Shown piece by piece: positions 10,578 through 22,542 of a stretch of DNA of 64,000 bases. Location of the stretch: assembly GCA_965205975.1 (NCBI GenBank), contig OZ242195.1, positions 160,001-224,000 on the forward strand, read 5' to 3'. Position numbers and translations under genes: made by a program. Under the pieces are notes generated by a model. The model saw only the letters and a list, made by a program, of their open reading frames with translations. It ran no database searches and had not been told where the DNA came from. This DNA comes from Candidatus Latescibacterota bacterium (GTDB lineage: Bacteria; Latescibacterota; UBA2968). Each line of letters begins with the position of its first letter. The first letter of the stretch is position 1.

Positions 10578-10641
10578 ATCCCCGCATGTGGCTCTAAACT
10601 ATTGACAATAAAAAAGGTTCCGACTAATCGAATATACGCCT

Positions 10642-13600
10642 TCAAATTAGGCTCTGCAACACATTTTTAGCCGATTCTAACCGCGATTGTGGTCCCTTGC
10701 CCATTAGCGCGACTTCGATTTTTGGCGGATCTCCCAGGGCAAATTCCAGGGGAAGTGGTGATTGTGTCACCATCCGTTCAATATCCGTTCGCATCAGCGG
10801 TTTGTCTGGCGACAGGGTCATTGTCATGATCTGTCCAATTTGCAACTGCGACAACCTGAGTTGGCGTGCCAAGATTTTGACCTGTAAGATGTCTAATAAT
10901 GCAGCTGTGGGATCGGGCAAAGGTCCAAAGCGGTCCGCGAGTTCTTCCTCTATTGCCAGGACTTCCACAGTTTGCCGTATCTGGCCCAATCGCTGATAAA
11001 ACTGCATTTTTTGATCTGTATCCGGAATATAGTCGTCCGGAATATACGCCGAAACGGATATCTGTACATCTGGCTCAATCGCGGGTTCGGTCTCATCGCC
11101 CTTAATTTGCCGCACGGCTTCGTCCAGCAATCGCGTGTATAAATCAAATCCCACGGCTGCGATATGTCCGTGTTGCTGTGATCCAAGCAAGTTGCCCGTG
11201 CCCCGAATTTCCATATCCCGCATTGAAATGTGGAAACCCGATCCCAAATCCGAAAATTCTTCGATGGCCCGCAATCGCCTTACCGCTGGTTTTCTGAGTG
11301 CTTGCCACGACGGTACAAATAAATACGCATACGCCCGCTTATTCGATCGTCCCACCCGGCCGCGCAATTGATACAACTGCGCCAATCCGAGGCGATCTGC
11401 CCGATTTACGATTAGCGTGTTCGCGTTGGGAATGTCCAGTCCGGATTCCACGATCATGGTGGAGACCAGAACATCGTATTTGTGCTCGAAAAAGTCCATC
11501 ATCACTTTTTCGAGTTGCCGTTCGGGCATCTGGCCGTGTCCCATACCAAAACGCACCTGTGGCAATAGGCGAGTAAGAAAACCCATCATCGCGTGCATGG
11601 ACTGGACCCGATTGTGTACAAAATAAACCTGTCCATTGCGATCTACTTCCCGTAAGATCGCTTCGGCTATGCGGTCTTCTTCAAAGGCCAGCACTTCAGT
11701 CTGAATTGGCAATCGGTCTTTGGGCGGGGTTTGTATGACCGACATATCGCGTGCGCCCATCAGCGACATGTGCAGGGTGCGCGGAATTGGCGTGGCGGTG
11801 AGCGTCAATACATCCACCAGACGCCGCATTTCTTTTAATCGCTCTTTGTGCCGCACCCCAAAGCGGTGTTCTTCGTCTATGACCAGAAGGCCGAGGGATT
11901 TGAAGTTGACATCTTTTGACAATAACCGATGCGTACCTACTACAATATCTACGGTACCTTTCTTCATCGCCTCAAGAGTTCGCACTTGTTCGGCCCGCGT
12001 ACGGAAGCGGCTCAATACCGCTACATGGATGGGAAATTCGGAAAACCGTTCGCAGAATGTGCGATAATGTTGCTGCGCCAAAATGGTTGTGGGGGCGAGT
12101 ACTGCTACTTGTTTGCCATCTAAGATCGCCTTAAACGCCCCGCGAATCGCCACTTCTGTTTTGCCATATCCCACATCGCCACAGATCAACCGGTCCATGG
12201 CGGACTGTGTTTCCATATCTTTTCGCACGGCGTCAATCGCTTCTTGTTGATCTCGGGTTTCGCGATAGGGGAACGAGGCTTCCAATGCGTTCATTTCTGA
12301 TCCATCAGGTGAAAATGCCGTGCCCGGTTGCGCTTTGCGTTCGGCGTATAATGACACGAGTTCTGCTGCCATTTTGAATATCGCTTTGCGCGTCTTTTCC
12401 TTTAGTCTCTCCCATGCTACTGTACCCAATTTGCTCAATACGGGTACTGCGCCATCTTGTCCGGAATATTTTTGCACCTGATTCATCTGATCTACCGGCA
12501 CAAAAACCCGATCTCCATCCCGATATCCAACGGTCAGACAATCGTTGGCTATGCGGCCTATTTCAATTCGCTCCACGCCTTCAAATCGACCGATTCCATG
12601 ATCTACATGCACGACAAAATCGCCGCGCTGAAGAGCGGACACTGTCTTGATGGGCTGTGCATCTTGAAAGCGGCGATACCGTCGTCTGCGATGTACGCGG
12701 CTGTAAATTTCGTGGTCATTGATCAAAAAGACTTTGCCGAGACGGTATGTAAATCCGGATTGTAGTGTGCCCACATACAGGGAGACGATATCGGCACTTT
12801 CTTCCAGAATTTCTTCCAATCGCGCTTTTTGCCCATCACTTTCACAAAGAATGACCACTTCATAAGCGTCCAACCAGTACTTTCGCAAATCTTCTTTTAA
12901 TAGCTGTACATAGCCTTCGTAGTGTCGCCCACTCTGCCCACCTAATTCTACCACTTCTTCAGATATTCCTCCCAGTGCGCGGTTCAAGACCCGGGGCATG
13001 TGTTCCAGTTGCCGAAGCATGATTTCCGGTTGTCGGAGTACGCACCGCGCTGGCAGGGGTTCTGTTTCCGCCCGCCGTTTTTTTTGTCGCTGCGCGATTT
13101 GCTCACATGCGCGCCATGCGTTATCTGCGGCAGTAGCGATGCCATCCGGGTCATCGAGGACGAGCCAGGATCCTTCGGGCACGTAATCCAACAGGCCCGT
13201 TCTCTCGCCGTATAACACACTCAGGTAATGTTCCTGTCCTTCAAAAATGCCTTCGCGCTCCAATAAGTTTCGCACCTCGGGCAACTCAATGCATAGCTCC
13301 CGTTCTGCTATTTCCAGATTTTCCAAATAAATATCTGCCATTGTCAGCGGGAGTACGCTTTCCCGACATGGCAAAATTCGCGTTTCTTCCAATTGCGCGA
13401 TAGACCGCTGGGTGCTCAAATCAAATGCCCGGATAGACGAGATTTCATCGCCCCAAAATTCCAGCCTGACCGGGTGTGCATTGCCAAATGAACAAATATC
13501 CAGGATGCCGCCGCGCATCCCGAATTGCCCCACACCTTCTACAGTTGTTACCCGTTCGTATCCGATTTCCACCAGATGGTCCGCGAGATCTAAAGGGGAA

Positions 13601-14049
13601 ACTTCCTGCTCCAGACGAAGCGTTTTTACACTCAAGTCAAAGAGGTCTGGAGGTAAGGTGTGTCCCATCAGGGCTTCGATGGATGTGACCACAATGCCAC
13701 CGGCTTTTCGGTGCAACTGATCCAGCGCCTCCATTCGCAATCCCACCACATCGAGATGCGGAGAACGCCCGTCAAAATGAGCTACATCCCAACTCGGAAA
13801 GTAGCCCACATGTTCTTCGTCTAATAGCCGTTCCAAATCATTGCGCAATGCCTCGGCGCGGTCCTCATCTGCACTTATGACGACTACCGGGCCAGGTACG
13901 GTTTCTTCAATCCACGCGATGGCAAATGCCGATAGCGATCCGGATCCTCCGCGCATGGTTACGACCCGCTCTCCCGATTCCAGTTTTTGCGATAGGTCCT
14001 TAAATGGCGTCGAGTTTTTGATTCTGTTGTACAATCTATCAACGGACAT
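10642..14049 (-). CDS. mfd: Transcription-repair coupling factor
   Basis: RID domain VVHVDHGIG, GDVGYGKT, DEEHRFGV, TATPIPRT, QLRGRVGR, C-terminal TRCF region. Confidence 0.97.
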   Translation of the reverse strand: MSVDRLYNRIKNSTPFKDLSQKLESGERVVTMRGGSGSLSAFAIAWIEETVPGPVVVISADEDRAEALRNDLERLLDEEHVGYFPSWDVAHFDGRSPHLDVVGLRMEALDQLHRKAGGIVVTSIEALMGHTLPPDLFDLSVKTLRLEQEVSPLDLADHLVEIGYERVTTVEGVGQFGMRGGILDICSFGNAHPVRLEFWGDEISSIRAFDLSTQRSIAQLEETRILPCRESVLPLTMADIYLENLEIAERELCIELPEVRNLLEREGIFEGQEHYLSVLYGERTGLLDYVPEGSWLVLDDPDGIATAADNAWRACEQIAQRQKKRRAETEPLPARCVLRQPEIMLRQLEHMPRVLNRALGGISEEVVELGGQSGRHYEGYVQLLKEDLRKYWLDAYEVVILCESDGQKARLEEILEESADIVSLYVGTLQSGFTYRLGKVFLINDHEIYSRVHRRRRYRRFQDAQPIKTVSALQRGDFVVHVDHGIGRFEGVERIEIGRIANDCLTVGYRDGDRVFVPVDQMNQVQKYSGQDGAVPVLSKLGTVAWERLKEKTRKAIFKMAAELVSLYAERKAQPGTAFSPDGSEMNALEASFPYRETRDQQEAIDAVRKDMETQSAMDRLICGDVGYGKTEVAIRGAFKAILDGKQVAVLAPTTILAQQHYRTFCERFSEFPIHVAVLSRFRTRAEQVRTLEAMKKGTVDIVVGTHRLLSKDVNFKSLGLLVIDEEHRFGVRHKERLKEMRRLVDVLTLTATPIPRTLHMSLMGARDMSVIQTPPKDRLPIQTEVLAFEEDRIAEAILREVDRNGQVYFVHNRVQSMHAMMGFLTRLLPQVRFGMGHGQMPERQLEKVMMDFFEHKYDVLVSTMIVESGLDIPNANTLIVNRADRLGLAQLYQLRGRVGRSNKRAYAYLFVPSWQALRKPAVRRLRAIEEFSDLGSGFHISMRDMEIRGTGNLLGSQQHGHIAAVGFDLYTRLLDEAVRQIKGDETEPAIEPDVQISVSAYIPDDYIPDTDQKMQFYQRLGQIRQTVEVLAIEEELADRFGPLPDPTAALLDILQVKILARQLRLSQLQIGQIMTMTLSPDKPLMRTDIERMVTQSPLPLEFALGDPPKIEVALMGKGPQSRLESAKNVLQSLI

Positions 14050-14080
14050 AATTTTTAACTTTTCCTCCCAAACAGTACAC

Positions 14081-14121
14081 GCCAAAAAGCTCGACACATT
14101 GTATGCGTCGAGCTTTTTGGC
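14081..14121. terminator. Terminator hairpin downstream of tRNA-Asp
   Basis: GCCAAAAAGCTCGAC...GTCGAGCTTTTTGGC inverted repeat. Confidence 0.75.
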
Positions 14122-14125
14122 AAAA

Positions 14126-14203
14126 TGGCGGGGTAGACGGGGCTCGAACCCGCGACCACCGGCGTGACAGGCCGGTACTCTAACCAGACTGAGCTACTAC
14201 CCC
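14126..14203 (-). tRNA. tRNA-Asp(GTC)
   Basis: GGGGTAG/CTACCCC acceptor stem, CT-GTC-AC anticodon loop, GGTTCGAG T-loop, encoded CCA. Confidence 0.97.
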
Positions 14204-14243
14204 AATGTGTAAAACAATCTTCAAAATTCCATGAAGGACCGAA

Positions 14244-14272
14244 AATTTAACAAGGTGTCTTTGCAGTGTCAA
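14244..14272 (-). promoter_or_regulatory. Sigma70-type promoter of tRNA-Asp
   Basis: TTGACA-17 bp-TAAATT. Confidence 0.65.
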
Positions 14273-14435
14273 GCAAATTTAACAAATCACAGAGTAATCA
14301 ACGGACAAGCCTCAAACTAACTATCTTTCAGCATAACAATTCACTATTTGTGTGCACCTTACTTGAGAATTGCGTAATATCAGTATCTTATTATGTTAAG
14401 ACGATTTTGCGCCAAAACTCTCAAAGGAGAATTTT

Positions 14436-17400
14436 ATGACTCGACGCGATGCTGTATGGGTTGTTTGCTTCCTGATCGCAGGTGCGCTCGGTCTCACCTG
14501 TTATATCCAGTTTTTTGACCGCGCGCAGCCCGTTGCCTCGCTCAATTTTCGCGTGGATCGCGAACAAGCACATCAGGCTGCCGAGGCGTATCTTCACCGC
14601 CTGGGTTACGATCTCACAGATTATGAAAGTGCTCAGGTTTTCTCTTACTCCAGTCTGCCCCAGGTCTTTCTCGAACGCACCCTGGGCCTTGAGGAAGCCA
14701 ACCGCCTCGTGCGCGAATGGGTCTCGGTATGGTACTGGAACATCCGCTGGTTTAAGCCGCTTCAAAAAGAAGAACTCCGCGTGCGTATTGATCCCGGCGG
14801 AAGAATTGTAGGGTTTACGCACAGCATTCTCGAATCTGACGAAGGCGCGAGTCTTTCAGAAGAAGATGCCCGTGTTATTGCGGAGGTTTTTTTGACCGAT
14901 GTGCAGGGCTTTCAACTCGATGATTACGAATCCATCGAAGCGTCGAGTATTGAGCGTCCCAATCGGATGGATCACACCTTTACTTATCGAAAAAAAGATT
15001 TTGTCTTGGGCGATGATGGGCACTACCGTTTGAGCGTTACGGTTAAGGGTGATAAAGCAGGCTATTTTGCCGAATACCTCAAAGTGCCCGAAACATTTTC
15101 GCGCAATTATCGAGAAATTCGCTCGCGTGCGGGCTTACTTACAAATATTGCTTCGATTTTCTTTTTCGCACTGGGCATTGCAATGGTTGTCGTGCTCGTG
15201 CGAAAATATCGCCAGCACACATTGATATGGCGCGCTGCTCTCGCCGTAGGCATTCTCGTAGCCGCCACCAGTTTCCTCGGTGTCATCAATGGCTACCCGC
15301 TTACGCGCTTCGGTTACGATACCACGCAGTCATTTGTTTCCTTTATTCTTACCTTTATCTTCGGCGGTCTGTTGAGTGCCGTGCTCAGCGGGATTATTAT
15401 CGCGCTGTCCGGCGCAGCCGGGGGGGCTGCCGCTCAGGATGTAGAAGGCTGGAAAAATCCACTCGCGCGACTGTCTCTGCGCGGCTGGCGATCGGCGAAT
15501 TTTGCGCGCATTACCCTCATCGGTTACGGACTTGCATTTGCACACCTGGGATATGTCACCATCTTTTATATTTTGGGCAATGACTATCTGGGGGTCTGGT
15601 CTCCCGCGGCGATGACACAGTACAGCAATACGTATAGCACATACTTGCCGTGGATCTATCCTTTGCTTATCGGTCTCCTCGCCGCAACTATGGAAGAGTT
15701 TTTCTTTCGCCTGCTCGCCATTTCCCTGCTCATCCGGTATTTAAAAAGCACCTGGTTGGCCGTTCTCATCCCCGCGATTATATGGGCTTTTTTGCATGCG
15801 AATTATCCGCAGGAGCCTATTTATATTCGCGGTCTTGAACTCACCGTAGTAGGGGTCATATTTGGTATTGTGTTTTTGCGCTACGGTGTTTGGGCAACCA
15901 TTATTTCGCATTATGTGTACAATTGCTTTCTCGGCATTTACCCGATGGTGCAGTCCGATAGTCTCTACTTCAAGGTCTCGGGCATTCTGGCGGTCGCGAT
16001 TATTTTTATTCCGGCCATTCCCGCTATTTTTGGTGTGATCACAGGGCGGTATAAAGAGGTAGAGGGGCCTGAAGAGGTGGCTCCCCCTGAGCTGCCAGAG
16101 GATACAGCACCTGAAACAGCAATGCCCGAATCCGAACCACCCTCTGAACCCGAGGTCGAACGCAAAACCCCTTCGGATTATCTCATTCCCAAGAGTGGTC
16201 TCGTCGTTTTTGGCGTTCTGGGTCTGATCGGTTGGTCCGTGTATTTCATGTCCGACCTTCCGGGATTTGCCAAATACGCCCGCGAGTCCATTATCACGCG
16301 AGCCGAGGCGATTGAGAAGGCAGAGGATATCCGGCGTCAACTCGGACTCGATCTCGAAGGCTATCAACGCACCACATCGTTTTCCAGCAGTTTTAGATCC
16401 GGCCATTTTACACATCTCATCCGAAATGTCGATCTGGCGCGTGCAGATACGCTCGCTGCCGAGCACACAGCCTCCTGGCGCTGGAGGGTGCGATGGTTCA
16501 AACCTCTGGAAAAGGAAGAAATCACCATCAGTATTGATGGCAATGGCGATTTTTGCCGCATATCGCATTATGTTCCCGAAAGTCGGGAGGGCGCAGAACT
16601 CAGTACGGAAGAAGCGCAAAAGATCGCCGGGGCTTTTCTGTCCGAATACTTACAGCGCGATGTGACAGATCCCGCACTTTACAAACGCCTTGAAGCCCGC
16701 TCGCAAAAGCGCGAAAACCGAATGGACCATAGCTTTGTGTGGGAGCGTACAGATATCAAAGTTGAAGAAGGAGAATTTCGTATTATCGCCTCTGTGCAGG
16801 GCGATCAGATTGGGCATGCATATAAAGCCTACAAAGCACCCGAAGAGTTTTTGCGCAAATTGCGAGAACGCACGGCCAAAAGTACGATTGTTTCTACTGT
16901 CTCGACAATCGCAGTTCTTGCCACCGCTGTGCTCGCCATTATTTTCTTTTTGCGCGCTTATCGCGATGGACATGTCAACTGGCAATTGCCCATTCGTGTT
17001 GGCATTCTGGCTGGTCTGTGTTTTTTCTTCGAAAGACTCAATAATCTACCTGTGTTCTATAGAGGTTATAATACCAGTGAAGCGATGAGTACCTTTCTCG
17101 GCGGTGAACTCATTGGTCTCGTCATAGATCTTGTTATTGCTGCGATTATGGCTTTTTTATTATGTGCATTTGGCGATACGATGTATCGCCGCGAACGCCC
17201 CCAAGAGATGCAAATTTCCGATTGGATCGATGTGCTTCGTTTGAAGATAAATAGCACAGCACTCTGGTGGCAGATTGTCTTTCTCGCTATCTGCTATTTT
17301 GGGATTACCAGAGGTAACAGTATTTTTTCGTCTTATGTCACCCTCACCTATCTCGGCGACTACCTCGGTGCGGGTGGTGGTGCGCCTCCCGAAATCAACA

Positions 17401-17834
17401 GCTATTTCCCCGCATTTGGCGAACTCATTGATGAAGTTGGCAGTATGCTCATAGCTCCCTTTGCCATTCTGGGTATTCTGTTTGTCTGGTGGCGTGTGAT
17501 AGGCAAGATAAATCTGCTGATTCTCGGCGTAGTGCTCGTGCTTATCTTTCAATCTGTGGTCTCTCCAGCGAAAGACTTTTACCACGCAGGTATTCTTCTC
17601 GCTAAAAGCATTCCATATTGGATACTTATGGCTTTCCTCATTTTGAAATATATTCGCTTTAACTTTCTCTTTTACGCCGTAACCCTCTGGTGTTCAATTA
17701 TTTTTGTTGGCGTTCGCTATCTCAAATACGATCCCAGTATTTACCAGATCAATGGCATTCTCATGATTCTTTTTGGCTGCGTTCCCCTCATTCTCGCCGT
17801 TCTGGCCTGGTACAAAGCGCGATCTACGGCGTAA
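14436..17834 (+). CDS. Large membrane protein with a central CPBP (CAAX/Abi) intramembrane metalloprotease domain and a duplicated extracytoplasmic domain
   Basis: EEFFFR, WAFLH and HYVYN CPBP motifs. Internal repeat W..RWFKPL.KEE ... NRMDH.F occurs twice. Confidence 0.8.
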   Translation: MTRRDAVWVVCFLIAGALGLTCYIQFFDRAQPVASLNFRVDREQAHQAAEAYLHRLGYDLTDYESAQVFSYSSLPQVFLERTLGLEEANRLVREWVSVWYWNIRWFKPLQKEELRVRIDPGGRIVGFTHSILESDEGASLSEEDARVIAEVFLTDVQGFQLDDYESIEASSIERPNRMDHTFTYRKKDFVLGDDGHYRLSVTVKGDKAGYFAEYLKVPETFSRNYREIRSRAGLLTNIASIFFFALGIAMVVVLVRKYRQHTLIWRAALAVGILVAATSFLGVINGYPLTRFGYDTTQSFVSFILTFIFGGLLSAVLSGIIIALSGAAGGAAAQDVEGWKNPLARLSLRGWRSANFARITLIGYGLAFAHLGYVTIFYILGNDYLGVWSPAAMTQYSNTYSTYLPWIYPLLIGLLAATMEEFFFRLLAISLLIRYLKSTWLAVLIPAIIWAFLHANYPQEPIYIRGLELTVVGVIFGIVFLRYGVWATIISHYVYNCFLGIYPMVQSDSLYFKVSGILAVAIIFIPAIPAIFGVITGRYKEVEGPEEVAPPELPEDTAPETAMPESEPPSEPEVERKTPSDYLIPKSGLVVFGVLGLIGWSVYFMSDLPGFAKYARESIITRAEAIEKAEDIRRQLGLDLEGYQRTTSFSSSFRSGHFTHLIRNVDLARADTLAAEHTASWRWRVRWFKPLEKEEITISIDGNGDFCRISHYVPESREGAELSTEEAQKIAGAFLSEYLQRDVTDPALYKRLEARSQKRENRMDHSFVWERTDIKVEEGEFRIIASVQGDQIGHAYKAYKAPEEFLRKLRERTAKSTIVSTVSTIAVLATAVLAIIFFLRAYRDGHVNWQLPIRVGILAGLCFFFERLNNLPVFYRGYNTSEAMSTFLGGELIGLVIDLVIAAIMAFLLCAFGDTMYRRERPQEMQISDWIDVLRLKINSTALWWQIVFLAICYFGITRGNSIFSSYVTLTYLGDYLGAGGGAPPEINSYFPAFGELIDEVGSMLIAPFAILGILFVWWRVIGKINLLILGVVLVLIFQSVVSPAKDFYHAGILLAKSIPYWILMAFLILKYIRFNFLFYAVTLWCSIIFVGVRYLKYDPSIYQINGILMILFGCVPLILAVLAWYKARSTA

Positions 17835-17848
17835 ATTTGGAGGTATCT

Positions 17849-19063
17849 GTGACTCCTATCTGCACTGCCTGGCAGACTTCAGTAGAGGAGGAGGCTTACT
17901 GGCAGTCGATTCGCAAGCAGTACATGATTGCGCCAGATGAAGTTTATCTCAATACTGGCTCTTTTGGTTCGCAGCCCAGGCCCGTGTTTGAGAAGATGCT
18001 GGAAATATTGGAGGATGTTGAACGCAATCCTACGCGACATCGGGCGGAATACAACAGCGTTGTAGATAACTCTCGTGCCCACCTGGCAGCGTTTGTCAAT
18101 GCGCCGGCAGAGGATATTGCTTTTGCCACCAATGTCACTATGGCTATCAACATGGTTGTGCATGGTCTGGATTGGCGGCCAGGCGATGAAATTCTGGCTT
18201 CAAATCAGGAATACGGCGCGATTGACAACTGTCTGCATCTGGCTGAACGCCGCTATGGCGTGGTGGTCAAGCGTGCCGAAATTCCCATTCCTCCCGAACA
18301 TCCCGAAGATATTCTGAACGCTTTTGAGGCTGAATTTACAGATCGTACAAGGCTGGTTTTTTGCAGCCATATTACCACTCGTACTGGTTTGATCACTCCG
18401 ATTAAAGCGCTGACCCGACTGGTACACGACCGCGGTGCGCTAATTGCAGTAGATGGCGCGCATGCCCCGGGGATGATCCCGCTGGATCTGCAGGACCTCG
18501 GTTGCGATTTTTACGGCGGCAACTGTCACAAATGGCTCTGTGCACCCAAAGGCACTGGTTTGCTTTATGCATCATCTTCAATGCAAGAGCGACTCAATCA
18601 CGTCGTTGTGAGTTGGGGATATAGCCAAGAAGGCGCGAAGAGAGGGGCAGACGGCATTCTGCGTATCAATGACCGTCCGTTTATGTGGGGGATTGAGAAC
18701 TGGGGCACCCGAGATCAGGCGTGTTTTGCGGCTGTAGGGGCAGCGGTTGAATTTCAAGAGGCGGTTGGCAAAGATCGGATTCGAGAACGGGGGCAACAAC
18801 TGGCGGCGTACCTGCGAGGTCGTTTGGCTGCAACTGGCTGGGCAAAACAGCTCACGCCTTCCGTGCCAGCTCTATCCGGATCGATCTCGGCTTTCCATCT
18901 TTCTGGATTCGACGATCTGGATCTTTATGAGCGATACCGGATCACTGTGCCGACTGCAAAGAGCGATGATGTTTACTGGATCCGCGTTTCTACCCATATT
19001 TGCAATGGCTTTGACCATGTAGATCGTCTGATAGATGCTTTACGCGAAGAGAGAAATGCCTGA
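17849..19063 (+). CDS. Class V PLP aminotransferase (isopenicillin N epimerase/L-cysteine desulfhydrase-like)
   Basis: YLNTGSFG, DGAHAPG, GNCHKWLCAPKG (PLP Lys), GTRD. GTG start follows GGAGG. Confidence 0.85.
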   Translation: MTPICTAWQTSVEEEAYWQSIRKQYMIAPDEVYLNTGSFGSQPRPVFEKMLEILEDVERNPTRHRAEYNSVVDNSRAHLAAFVNAPAEDIAFATNVTMAINMVVHGLDWRPGDEILASNQEYGAIDNCLHLAERRYGVVVKRAEIPIPPEHPEDILNAFEAEFTDRTRLVFCSHITTRTGLITPIKALTRLVHDRGALIAVDGAHAPGMIPLDLQDLGCDFYGGNCHKWLCAPKGTGLLYASSSMQERLNHVVVSWGYSQEGAKRGADGILRINDRPFMWGIENWGTRDQACFAAVGAAVEFQEAVGKDRIRERGQQLAAYLRGRLAATGWAKQLTPSVPALSGSISAFHLSGFDDLDLYERYRITVPTAKSDDVYWIRVSTHICNGFDHVDRLIDALREERNA

Positions 19064-19075
19064 ATTGTTTTGTGT

Positions 19076-20869
19076 TTAAGAATTTACCTCGCGGAATCCT
19101 TTGGGCAAATCTTCTCCTTTCACAAGTGCGGCCTTCAATGCGCGTGAGTGCTGACAATTTCCTCTGTATTGAAATCCGCGGCAGGCACAGGACACGTCGT
19201 TTCCATCTACTTCTAATTCGTAAAAAGCCCCCGGTCGTGACGAACTTTCCGCGCGATACTTTGCAATTTTGGGTCCACTCAATACTCGTGCCAAAATCTC
19301 AATAGCTTCTTGAGATGGTTGTTGTCGTTCAACTGGTTTACCTGTGCCAAATGCCTCTGCGTGCGTTTCCCGAAAGGCCGCGCTTGCCTCGCGCAATACA
19401 TCGCCCATTTTCGTCCCGTCCATATTTGCAGATAAAGCATCTACTCCGGGTTGCAATACATCCATAATGCGTCGCATTTCACCCATCACGTCACGATGGA
19501 AATCTTCGGGTAGCGCGCTGCCTTCCACCATCTGATCGATCAAATTCGCTTTTGTTTCCAATACTGTGCGCACAAATGTATCAACTGTATCGCGTCCAAC
19601 CATGTACGTCACATTTACCGTACCGGTCTGACCAATGCGATAAGCCCGGTCTTCGGCTTGCCAGTGATTAACCGGTACCCAGTCCAGGTCGTTAAAAATG
19701 ACCTGGCGAGCTGCTGTCAGGTTTAGCCCCACGCCGCCTGCTGTGATATTTGCCAGTAATAATCGCACGTCATCGTCTTCCTGAAACCGATCCGCCCTTT
19801 CTTGCCGTTGTGCTACCGGCACTTCACCTGTAATGACCACGGCCTGGTCGCCAAATTTTGTTTTTAAAATTTCCAGTGGGCGCAAGAAGCACGAAAATAC
19901 TATCGCTTTTTCTCCTTGATCCACCACATTTTCTACAAAGGGCAATGTCGTTCGCACTTTGGATGTCGCCAGGCGAAGCCTTGCTCTTGTCAACTGTCCC
20001 AGCGCCTGCCCCCGTTCTTCAGATGAAGGGGATTCTTCTAAAGTCTCTCGCACTCCTCGTCGAGAATATTTCCGCAGGAGATCCAGAACGGCTGTGCTCA
20101 TTCGATGTGCGACCCGACTCGATACATCCACATCTAACCACGTCCGTATTTTGGGTGGCAAATCCAGGACCTGATTCTTTGTCCGCCGCAGCATTATTCC
20201 GTGCAAATGTACGGTTAATTCTTCGATATTACTCGCGCCATCTGTTATCCAGCCATATTCCCCCTTATGCGCATCGCAATACCGTTTTGCAAACCCCATA
20301 AAGCTGCGTCCCAGAGCGTGTCGAGCAAGTTGTAGCAATGGGAATAGATCTCTTGGCCGACTCGTCAGGGGGGTGCCTGTCAAGATATGCACCACTGTTT
20401 CTTCGGGTAATTGCTTTACCAGTTGCATGGAAAATTTGTGCCGCTGACTGCGGTGGTTTTTCAAATAATGCGCCTCGTCAAAGACAACGCCTTTCCAGTC
20501 CAGCGCGCATAATGTATTGATGTGCTTGCCCAGGATATCGTAATTGACAATCGCCCAGCCTTTAAACCCCGACCCGGGTGGATCGTCCGGTCCAATAATC
20601 CATGTCTGTACACGCGGTAGAACAACCGCAATTTCTCTCGCCCAATTGCGTTTTACTGTTGCCGGACAAATCACCAGATACGGTCCTTTGGGTTCGGTTT
20701 GTGACATGGCAATCACGGACTGCCGCGTTTTGCCCAGTCCCATGTCATCGGCTAAGATCGATCGCCGCCGCCCCATCAAAAACGCGATGCCCTCTACTTG
20801 ATGTGGATAAAGTCCTTTGGCGATATCTGTTGCACGGTTGAGTATTGCTGTATCGAATGTTTCTGCCAT
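19076..20869 (-). CDS. SNF2-family helicase with a C-terminal SWIM zinc finger
   Basis: LADDMGLGKT, DEAH, LTGTP, QAEDRAYRIGQ. C-terminal CACRGFQYRGNCQH (CxC...CxH). Confidence 0.88.
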   Translation of the reverse strand: MAETFDTAILNRATDIAKGLYPHQVEGIAFLMGRRRSILADDMGLGKTRQSVIAMSQTEPKGPYLVICPATVKRNWAREIAVVLPRVQTWIIGPDDPPGSGFKGWAIVNYDILGKHINTLCALDWKGVVFDEAHYLKNHRSQRHKFSMQLVKQLPEETVVHILTGTPLTSRPRDLFPLLQLARHALGRSFMGFAKRYCDAHKGEYGWITDGASNIEELTVHLHGIMLRRTKNQVLDLPPKIRTWLDVDVSSRVAHRMSTAVLDLLRKYSRRGVRETLEESPSSEERGQALGQLTRARLRLATSKVRTTLPFVENVVDQGEKAIVFSCFLRPLEILKTKFGDQAVVITGEVPVAQRQERADRFQEDDDVRLLLANITAGGVGLNLTAARQVIFNDLDWVPVNHWQAEDRAYRIGQTGTVNVTYMVGRDTVDTFVRTVLETKANLIDQMVEGSALPEDFHRDVMGEMRRIMDVLQPGVDALSANMDGTKMGDVLREASAAFRETHAEAFGTGKPVERQQPSQEAIEILARVLSGPKIAKYRAESSSRPGAFYELEVDGNDVSCACRGFQYRGNCQHSRALKAALVKGEDLPKGFREVNS

Positions 20870-20968
20870 AGAGATGACCGGTTTAGTGAATTTAGTTGCT
20901 TTTAATAGAAGTCTTTTCTTTTTTAAATATAGTTTATACTTTGCTTTTTGCAATCGGCAAACTATTAA

Positions 20969-22468
<1,500 letters not shown>

Positions 22469-22492
22469 GCTGTCTGTTTTACGTACATGACA

Positions 22493-22530
22493 AAGCGCTG
22501 TGCAGAATGACCTGCACAGCGCTTTTTTTA
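22493..22530. terminator. Hairpin terminator between the convergent ilvC and RND genes
   Basis: AAGCGCTGTGCAG...CTGCACAGCGCTT followed by a T run. Confidence 0.75.
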
Positions 22531-22542
22531 ATGTTGAAGCGT

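Noticed and set aside
14126..14203. tRNA-Asp or tRNA-Lys as the integration site of the RM island
   Set aside because: Neither tRNA borders the island, and no duplicated tRNA 3' fragment was found.
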